A stretch of DNA of 47,583 bases from Planctomycetota bacterium (lineage in GTDB: Bacteria > Planctomycetota > SZUA-567 > H5-PLA8), in NCBI GenBank assembly GCA_045863855.1, contig BTVV01000040.1, positions 1-47,583 on the forward strand, read 5' to 3'. The notes beneath the pieces were generated by a model. It worked only from the letters and a program-made list of their open reading frames with translations, was not told the DNA's origin and did not search any database. Made by a program: the position numbers and the translations under genes. The first letter of the stretch is position 1, and every line of letters begins with the position of its first letter. This document shows positions 1-6,888 of this stretch, piece by piece.

Positions 1-78
1 TTTGACCGGCTCGCCGGACTTGGCTCCAAAGGTGGAATTCAATCCCGACTGTGGCTCCGGAAAGGTGGGATGAAACAT
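1..78 (-). CDS. possible 5' end of a gene running off the window edge (MFHPTFPEPQSGLNSTFGAKSGEPVK...)
   Basis: ATG at 78 on the minus strand with GAGG about 8 nt upstream. The frame stays open to the window edge and has the same orientation as the upstream M55 gene. Too short to identify. Confidence 0.3.
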   Translation of the reverse strand, partial: MFHPTFPEPQSGLNSTFGAKSGEPVK

Positions 79-217
79 GGCGCGGCCCTCGATTGCTGGA
101 GCCATACTTGCGCGTAACCCGCGCGGGCTCAACCCTGCGCCTTCAATATACCTGGAATGAGGATATTCTTTTAGCCGGAAGCCCAGAGGTCGGCGGTCCG
201 TCCGGTCGAAGCGCGGG

Positions 218-1000
218 CTACCAGTGGTCGGAGACCCGCTCGACAGTCTTTTCGACGGTGTAAGGATCGATGCGCGTCCATCCGGTTTTATTGCGGCTGG
301 CGGCCTGAGCGGCTTCGATGCGTTTGTAACGCATGGTAATGGTGATCGGGGAGCCGAAGCGGAAGGGCTTCATCTCTTTCGCGCGTTGCGCGGCGCGCTT
401 GGCGCCTTCGTAGATTTCCTTGATCGCGCGCTTGGGGCTTTTGCTGACCGCGCCATTCCAACCCAGCCCGATCTTGGTGGTGACCGTTTCGATGCCGGGG
501 AAGAAGGCTTGGGCTTCGGCGACTCCCTTGTCGTCGGTACTCACAAATACGGGTGGCACGCCAAATTCGCCGGCCACGGCCGCATCGATGGCCAGTTCAC
601 CGGCTTCCTTGCCGTTAATCTTGATCCACTGAAACGCCGCACTGCTGAAACTGTGGCAGATCACGCCGTCGACGGTGTTGTCCATGGGGTGGTAGCCCAC
701 GAAGGCGACCCCGGCGAAGCCCTGCTCCAGCCCCGGCCAGCGGTGTTCGAAGCCGCCACCCAGCGCGATTTCGCAGCGTTCGTCCAGCAAGTCGTAATGG
801 AGATTCAAGCTGCCGCCGTGGTTGTCCCAGACGATGACGCGCGTGGCGCCGGCGTCGAAGAGGCCCCTCGCGCAGGCGTCGGCTTCGCGCGTGGCCTGCA
901 AGCGCGCGAAGTCCAAGTTGCGGCTGTCATTCAGGCTCCCTCCGGGCGCGCCTACGACGCAAGCCGGTCCTTCGCAGTCGACGCCGATCACGAATTTCAT
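218..1000 (-). CDS. dppA: M55 family D-aminopeptidase (DppA-like)
   Basis: N-terminal VDCEG (family DxEG), DNHG, VGYH, CHS and GELAIDA motifs; 260 aa, typical length; GGGG SD-like run upstream. Confidence 0.85.
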   Translation of the reverse strand: MKFVIGVDCEGPACVVGAPGGSLNDSRNLDFARLQATREADACARGLFDAGATRVIVWDNHGGSLNLHYDLLDERCEIALGGGFEHRWPGLEQGFAGVAFVGYHPMDNTVDGVICHSFSSAAFQWIKINGKEAGELAIDAAVAGEFGVPPVFVSTDDKGVAEAQAFFPGIETVTTKIGLGWNGAVSKSPKRAIKEIYEGAKRAAQRAKEMKPFRFGSPITITMRYKRIEAAQAASRNKTGWTRIDPYTVEKTVERVSDHW

Positions 1001-1300
1001 GCGCGATCCCCCTATAACGAATATCCATTAGCAGAACGGGATGCGTGGAACCTGTCAAGTTGCGCGTGCGGTCGGTCGCAATTCTTTCTGGGGCTTCTAA
1101 TCCAATAAGACTACGGCTGAGGTCATAGGCCTCAGGTTGCTGACCTTGAGCTTGAACAAACAGGCGCCAGACGACGAATCGCAGTTGGGTAACACACGAA
1201 TTGAGGAACTTGAGTGCTGCATTCCAGGCCGCAGATTGAATACGCGGGCAATCGCTTACGGGTCAAAACGATTGGGAAATGAGGTTGGGCAGAAACGATT

Positions 1301-1738
1301 TCAGACCAATGCCTTGCGGCTCGAGGAAGCAGCCGATGGAGTTTTCGGCGCCTCCGGCGGTGACTCACGGAGATACTCATTCCACGGAATCCAACGATTT
1401 CCCACCAGAAAGCCCCAAGGCCGTCGCTTGCGGCCGCACAGCACCAGCGTCCAGGCGCTTTGAGTATACAGTTCTAGAATGCGGTGATAGTCCTCGGCTT
1501 TATGCCGAATCAGCGCACCGGCTCGGCGTTCGAAGATGCCTTGCGGCGTTTCCTCGCGGTAGCCGCCCTTCAGCACCAGTGAAGTAAAGTTCCAGGGGTG
1601 ATCATGTAGGTGTCGGTCGCCGTCCGCGCGGAAAATGCGGTGCAAGTAGAGCCGGAAGCCGGGCAAATAGAGCAACGTGTAGCGGTAAAGGTACGGTTCG
1701 CCGTCCGGTGTTGTGATGCGTTCGGTAAAAGGCCACAT
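1301..1738 (-). CDS. cupin-fold (LHDHPW) hypothetical protein, a family frequent in phages
   Basis: YLxR...YLHRI..xD.DRxLHDHPW.FxSLVLxGGYxE...HRI...WTL.....RxWGF pattern; the His/His/Glu/His set fits a cupin metal site. Confidence 0.75.
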   Translation of the reverse strand: MWPFTERITTPDGEPYLYRYTLLYLPGFRLYLHRIFRADGDRHLHDHPWNFTSLVLKGGYREETPQGIFERRAGALIRHKAEDYHRILELYTQSAWTLVLCGRKRRPWGFLVGNRWIPWNEYLRESPPEAPKTPSAASSSRKALV

Positions 1739-1858
1739 GGTTTAATGATTCTCGGTCCGGGACCGCAGGCACTTTAGCATTCCCGGCGGTCCAAACCAGA
1801 GGGGGTCCGCGCATTTTTAATTTTGGATTTTGAAAGGGTGAAGCAACGGCCGGTTCGC

Positions 1859-1886
1859 TTGACCCTTGGAACTCGGCTACTACAGT
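1859..1886 (+). promoter_or_regulatory. sigma70-like promoter for lysC
   Basis: TTGACC-N16-TACAGT, about 90 nt upstream of the lysC ATG. Confidence 0.5.
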
Positions 1887-1897
1887 TAAGTTCGTTT

Positions 1898-1925
1898 CGC
1901 CCGGCGCGTTCCGCCGGGCGTTTTT
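1898..1925 (+). terminator. intrinsic terminator-like hairpin in the lysC 5' leader
   Basis: Perfect 9-bp stem CGCCCGGCG-cgttc-CGCCGGGCG followed by TTTTT. Confidence 0.55.
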
Positions 1926-1978
1926 CGTGGCCGGGCACAGGTGCGTTCGGCGGGGCCAGTTTGGAAGGTGGTGTGGCG

Positions 1979-3325
1979 ATGCGGGTCATGAAGTTTGGCG
2001 GCACTTCGGTGGGCAAGCCCGAGTCGATGATTCGGTGCGCGGAGCTTGTGGAGCGCGAGATCAAGATCCACGGCGAGAAGCCAGTGGTGGTCGTGTCCGC
2101 GTACTCGAAGGTGACGGACCTGCTTCTAGACGCTGCGAAGAAAGCTGTGCGGGGCGATATCGAAGCGCCGTACGCCGCGGTCGCAAAACGCCACGCCGAC
2201 CTGCTCAACGGCCTGGGCCTCGACGAACAGATCGGCCAAAAGAATCTCAGTGAACTGCACGACCTGCTGCGCGGAATTCACATGGTCAAAGAAGTGACCC
2301 CGCGTCTGTACGACTACGTGGCCAGTTTCGGAGAGCGGTTGAGCAGCAAGTGTTTCGCGGCCCTATTGCGCAAGCGCGGGCACGCCGATGCAGAGGCAAT
2401 CAACGCGTACGATTTGGGCTACGTGAGCGACGCGAACTTCATGAACGCGCGCCCCTTGCCGGAGACGTACGAGAACATTCCCAAGGCGTTTGAAGCGCAT
2501 AAGGGCAAACTGGTGGTGGTTACCGGTTTCATTGCCAAAGAGAAGAACGGAGACATCACTACCAACGGGCGCTCGGGTTCTGACTTTACGGCGGCGATCT
2601 TCGGCGCGGGACTGGGAGTGGACGAGATCCAGGTCTGGAAGGACGTACCCGGGGTGATGACCGCAGACCCGACCCTCATCAAGACGGCGAAACCGCTCTC
2701 CCGGCTCTCGTTCGAAGAGGCCAGCGAACTGGCGTACTACGGCGCCGAAGTGCTGCACCCGGCGACCATGGTTCCGGCCATCAAGCGCGGGATTCCCGTG
2801 CGCGTGCTGCACACCTTCGACCCCGAAGCGCCCGGGACGCTGATCACCGTCGAAGGTGTGAGCGATCCGGCTCATCCGGTAAAGTCGATCGTCTACAAGG
2901 AAGACCAGGTTTTGATCAACGTGCGCAGCGAGCGCATGCTGGGGATGGAAGGATTCATGGCGCGGCTCTTCGAAGTCTTCGCGCGCAACGGCATTGTAAT
3001 TGACATGATCTCGACCAGCGAAGTGAGCGTCTCGCTGACCACCGATATCACCGACGAGAAACGTTTGGCCGCGCTGAACAAGGACCTCAGCGAGTTCTCG
3101 AAGGTGGATATTCAGCGCGATAAGTGCATCGTGGCGATTGTAGGTGAAGGCATGAAACACACCGTGGGTTTGGCTGCTCGGGCTTTTAAAGCCGTTGCGA
3201 CAGCGGGTGTAAGCCTGCAGATGATTTCCCAGGGCGCCAGCGAGATCAACATTACTTTCCTGATCGATAACGCTCAGATCCCCAATACAATCAAGAGTTT
3301 ACATCAAGAGTTCTTCGGGCAGTAA
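1979..3325 (+). CDS. lysC: aspartate kinase (AAK domain + 2 ACT domains)
   Basis: VMKFGGTSV, VVVSA, GRSGSDFTA, DVPGVMTADP, ELAYYGAEVLHP, ISTSEVSVS, ISQGASEINI. Start set to ATG 1979, after GGAAGGTG. Confidence 0.96.
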   Translation: MRVMKFGGTSVGKPESMIRCAELVEREIKIHGEKPVVVVSAYSKVTDLLLDAAKKAVRGDIEAPYAAVAKRHADLLNGLGLDEQIGQKNLSELHDLLRGIHMVKEVTPRLYDYVASFGERLSSKCFAALLRKRGHADAEAINAYDLGYVSDANFMNARPLPETYENIPKAFEAHKGKLVVVTGFIAKEKNGDITTNGRSGSDFTAAIFGAGLGVDEIQVWKDVPGVMTADPTLIKTAKPLSRLSFEEASELAYYGAEVLHPATMVPAIKRGIPVRVLHTFDPEAPGTLITVEGVSDPAHPVKSIVYKEDQVLINVRSERMLGMEGFMARLFEVFARNGIVIDMISTSEVSVSLTTDITDEKRLAALNKDLSEFSKVDIQRDKCIVAIVGEGMKHTVGLAARAFKAVATAGVSLQMISQGASEINITFLIDNAQIPNTIKSLHQEFFGQ

Positions 3326-3359
3326 GGGTAGCTTGAACGCTTTGGAGCTTGGGGAGTAT

Positions 3360-3388
3360 CTGGACTAGCTCCATTAGACCGCTACAAT
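3360..3388 (+). promoter_or_regulatory. sigma70-like promoter for the kinase/PA14 operon
   Basis: CTGGAC-N17-TACAAT; the inverted repeat TGGAGCT (3343-3349)...AGCTCCA (3367-3373) flanks the -35 box. Confidence 0.5.
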
Positions 3389-3498
3389 GCTGCACCTAGT
3401 GCGCGCTTTTCCGAGACTCCCGGCAGTCCGGGCTTGGAGTCGGGCGTCTACTTGAGGGCATGTCTTCGGCTGAACCCTTTGTGGAGTAATCCTTTACC

Positions 3499-6400
3499 GT
3501 GAGTTCCTCCGCCTCCGCGAGCAGCTCGTCGTCCACCTCCTCGCGGCGCAAGGTGGGCGAGATCGCGCTCCAAAAGGGTTACATCAACCGGACGCAGCTC
3601 AAAGAAGCGCTCAGCGCACAGGGCGAACTCCAAAAGCTGGGCCTCTCCGAGAAGATCGGGCAGATTCTCTACCAAAAGAAGTTCATCACCCAAAACGTCC
3701 TCGACGAGATCCTCAAAGAGCAGGACGCGGGCGGCGGGCCACGGCGTGTTTTGGGCAACTTTGAGATTCACGAGAAGATTGGCCAAGGCGCCATGGGGGT
3801 CGTCTTCAAAGCGCGGCAAATCAGCATGGACCGCGTGGTGGCGCTGAAGATCCTGAGTCCCAAGTACGCCAACGACGCGGAGTTTATCGAGCGCTTCGTG
3901 CGTGAGGCGCGCGCAGCGGGGCAGTTCAATCACGAGCATATCGTCGCGGCGGTCGATGTCGGATACGTTGAGCCATATCACTACTTCGCGATGGAGCACG
4001 TGCAGGGGATCAACCTGCGCCAAGCGATTTGCGAGCGCGGCAAGTTGCCCGAACGCGAGGCGCTGGAGTTGACCCGGCAAGTGGCGCTGGCGCTGGATCA
4101 CGCGCTCTCGAAGGGGATCATCCACCGCGACATCAAGCCCGATAACGTGATGCTGACCGAACGCGGGCTGGCGAAGCTGCTGGACCTGGGTCTCGCCACG
4201 GCCGTGGCCGCCGAATCGCAAAGCCGCGCGGATATGGACGCGGTGAACGAAGGCGAGGCCACCGGGGGCAAAAAGGACGCGGCGGCCAAGCGCGCAGTGG
4301 GCACGCCGCATTACATGTCGCCCGAAGCGGCGCGCGGAATCGAAGACCTCGACACACGAGCGGATATCTATTCGCTGGGCTGCACGCTTTACCATCTGCT
4401 GACGGGCTCGACGCCCTTCGACGGCTCGCGCAGTCGCGAGGTGATGCTGCAGCACGCCACGCAGCGCGTCCCCGACGTACGCGAACGCGCGCCGGGGCTC
4501 AGCTCGCACACGGCAAAGATTGTGGCCAAAATGACGGCGCAGGAACGCGAGGAGCGTTACGCGAATCCGAAGGATCTCGCGGAAGATCTGGAGGCGACGG
4601 CCGCGGGCCGTCCGCCGCTGCACGCCCTGGGCAAGGTTTCGGGCAAAAGCGGAGCGCACCCCAATTACACCACCGGTCCGCGCAAGCCGATCGCCCCCAA
4701 CGCCAAGACGACGGGACCGCGCGCGCCGGTGCGCGGGCGCGGCACGACCGGTCCGCGTGTGCCGGTGGCGGGACGCCCGACTACCGGTCCGGCCGCGCCG
4801 GTGGCCGGCGATCGTACGGGCGGGATTTCGGTCACCATCGGATCCTCGCGGGGGACGGCCGGCGCCCCGGCGGCGCAAGCCAAGAACAAAGGCGCGGTGG
4901 CCGCCGTCGTGGTGATTGCGCTGGTGGGTCTGGGATTGGCGGTCGGCTTGGGCATGGGCGGGAAGGACGATGCGCGTCAGCCGCGTCGCGAGCCCGTGCC
5001 GCCCGCTCCGGAACCGCAGCCCGCACGCGCTCCGGTCGCCGAGCCGATCAAGCCGCTCGGTGCTCCGCAACCGGCCGAACCCAGCGGCGCGGAATTGGCT
5101 CAACGCGCTTTACAGGCTTACGAGCAGCTCAAAAAGGACCGCCCCTACGACTACCCCGCGTTGAACGAAGCGCTCGACCGAGCGCGGCCGCTGGCCGCCG
5201 GAACCCCGTCTCTCGAAGCCTTCGGCGCGGCGGAGGCGGCACTGAAAGCCGATTGGGAGGCACGCATCGCTCGGGCACTCGATCCGATGCGCACGGCGGC
5301 CGGGGCGGCCGTAGCGAATCGCGATTTTGATGCGGCGCGCAAGGCGCTGGAAGAGGGCGCGCTGGCGGCGGAGTTACGCGTCTTCGATTGGCAGGCGCGA
5401 TTGCAAGCCGCGCGGCAGGAAACCGGTGCGCGCGTGGAAGCTGAAGCGGCCAATCTCTGGAAGCGCGCGCAGGCGTTGGCGGCGGGCGGCAGCGAAAAGG
5501 AATTGGCCGAAGGGATCGACTTGGCCGCGCAAGCGGCGGCGCTGCCGGCGGATTGGGCGCCCACCGCCCAAACAGCGGCTGAGGCTTTGCCCGAATGGCG
5601 CAAAAAGCTCGAAGCGGCGAAAGCTCAGGCGCAGCAAGTCCAGCTTGCGGCGCGGGAAGCCGCGCGCGGTTTGGTGGAAGCGCTGGTGAAGGATCTGGAG
5701 CCTATGTTGCGCCAGAACCGTTTCGCTCAGGCTTTGGAACTCGTGGAGCAGAAGTCGCGCGAGGGCGCCTACCAACCGGTGCGGGAGGATTTGGCGCGGG
5801 AAGCCGCGGACCTTAAGGCAATCCTTGCGCTGCGCGATGCGGCGGTGGCGTCTATGAATGGGAAAACCGGGGAGCGTGTGGCCCTGAAGAAAGGCGGCAG
5901 CACACTGCAGGGCGTGATCGCCGATCCGGCCGGCCGGCCGGGCGTGACCTTGCGGCTGGAGGGCAAGATGGAACTGACGGTCTCGGCCGCGCAATTGGAA
6001 GCCGCGGACGTGGACGCGTACGCGGCGGCCCCGGCCACGGCGGCGGAAGGCGCGGCCATCGGCGCGACGCCGGCCGAAGCGCACCGGCGCCGGGGACTCC
6101 TGTTTCTGGCGGCGGGGGATTTCGCCAAGGCCAAAGAGCATTTCATCGCCGCGCGCGACGGCGGCTTGGGCGTAGCCATTCAGCCGTACCTCGAACGACT
6201 TGTGGCCTACGAACTGGGCGAAGCCGAACTTCTCGCGCAGCGGACGTGGCAAAAGGCCGAGCAGCAATTCCAGGCGCAAGCTTGGAAGGACGCGCGCGGA
6301 TCGTATGAAGTATTTCAGAACGAACACGGCAAGTCCCAGGAATACGCCAGGCGCGGCGAAGAACTCAAAGCGCGGCTGGCTCATATTGATGGAATCCTGA

Positions 6401-6864
6401 ATCCCAATCGCCCGGGATTGTGGGCCACGTATTTCAAGGGCATGGACCACAAGCCCGAGAACGTGGTTCTGCAGCGCGTGGACCCGCAGATTGTATTCGC
6501 CTGGGGTGGCGGCGGTCCGGCTGACCAGGTGGGCGGCGATCAATTTTCGGCGCGCTGGGAAGGATTCATCAAAATCGAGAAGGGCGGTTCGTACACCTTC
6601 ACGGGTTACAGCGACGACGGCATTCGCCTCTGGATCGGGGATAAGCTGGTTCTTGAATTCTGGCAGGATCGCGCGCGCATGCCCACGCCGGGCAGCATCG
6701 ACCTCCCGCCCGGACTTTATCCGATCCGGGTGGACTACTACGAGAACGGAGGCGGCGCCGATTGCGAGTTGCGCTGGGCGCTGGCGGGCGGTTTCGACGA
6801 GCAGGCGGTGCCCGCTACCGCCCTGTGGCATCGACCGCCGGCCGGCGCTCCGAAGAACCCATAG
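3499..6864 (+). CDS. membrane Hanks-type Ser/Thr kinase: N-terminal MshEN-like repeats, kinase, TM helix, helical ectodomain, C-terminal PA14
   Basis: IGQGAMGVV, VALK, HRDIKPDN, DLGLA, GTPHYMSPE, DIYSLG; TM GAVAAVVVIALVGLGLAVGLGM; PA14 signature GLWATYF...FSARWEG...YSDDGIRLWI...IRVDYYE. Confidence 0.92.
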   Translation: MSSSASASSSSSTSSRRKVGEIALQKGYINRTQLKEALSAQGELQKLGLSEKIGQILYQKKFITQNVLDEILKEQDAGGGPRRVLGNFEIHEKIGQGAMGVVFKARQISMDRVVALKILSPKYANDAEFIERFVREARAAGQFNHEHIVAAVDVGYVEPYHYFAMEHVQGINLRQAICERGKLPEREALELTRQVALALDHALSKGIIHRDIKPDNVMLTERGLAKLLDLGLATAVAAESQSRADMDAVNEGEATGGKKDAAAKRAVGTPHYMSPEAARGIEDLDTRADIYSLGCTLYHLLTGSTPFDGSRSREVMLQHATQRVPDVRERAPGLSSHTAKIVAKMTAQEREERYANPKDLAEDLEATAAGRPPLHALGKVSGKSGAHPNYTTGPRKPIAPNAKTTGPRAPVRGRGTTGPRVPVAGRPTTGPAAPVAGDRTGGISVTIGSSRGTAGAPAAQAKNKGAVAAVVVIALVGLGLAVGLGMGGKDDARQPRREPVPPAPEPQPARAPVAEPIKPLGAPQPAEPSGAELAQRALQAYEQLKKDRPYDYPALNEALDRARPLAAGTPSLEAFGAAEAALKADWEARIARALDPMRTAAGAAVANRDFDAARKALEEGALAAELRVFDWQARLQAARQETGARVEAEAANLWKRAQALAAGGSEKELAEGIDLAAQAAALPADWAPTAQTAAEALPEWRKKLEAAKAQAQQVQLAAREAARGLVEALVKDLEPMLRQNRFAQALELVEQKSREGAYQPVREDLAREAADLKAILALRDAAVASMNGKTGERVALKKGGSTLQGVIADPAGRPGVTLRLEGKMELTVSAAQLEAADVDAYAAAPATAAEGAAIGATPAEAHRRRGLLFLAAGDFAKAKEHFIAARDGGLGVAIQPYLERLVAYELGEAELLAQRTWQKAEQQFQAQAWKDARGSYEVFQNEHGKSQEYARRGEELKARLAHIDGILNPNRPGLWATYFKGMDHKPENVVLQRVDPQIVFAWGGGGPADQVGGDQFSARWEGFIKIEKGGSYTFTGYSDDGIRLWIGDKLVLEFWQDRARMPTPGSIDLPPGLYPIRVDYYENGGGADCELRWALAGGFDEQAVPATALWHRPPAGAPKNP
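4669..4824 (+). repeat. coding repeat TTGP x4 (plus RTGG) at 12-13 aa spacing
   Basis: TTGPRK (4669), TTGPRA (4708), TTGPRV (4744), TTGPAA (4780), RTGG (4813). Confidence 0.85.
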
Positions 6865-6888
6865 TTCGCCGCGGTAAAAGGTATCCGC

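Noticed and set aside
14..70. Imperfect direct repeat (GACT-TGGCTCC-AAAGGTGG) as a CRISPR remnant
   Set aside because: There are only two degenerate copies, with a gap far too short for a spacer and no cas genes. It is explicable as a small peptide repeat in a minus-strand ORF.
51..263. 70-aa plus-strand ORF
   Set aside because: It overlaps the 3' end of the M55 gene and has no SD or motif support.
1132..1380. 82-aa minus-strand ORF between the cupin and dppA genes
   Set aside because: It overlaps the cupin gene, has atypical composition and shows no motifs.
1740..1978. Canonical lysine riboswitch or leader-peptide attenuator upstream of lysC
   Set aside because: The leader is too short, lacks the recognisable L-box core, and has no Lys/Thr/Met-rich mini-ORF. 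Only the hairpin is reported.
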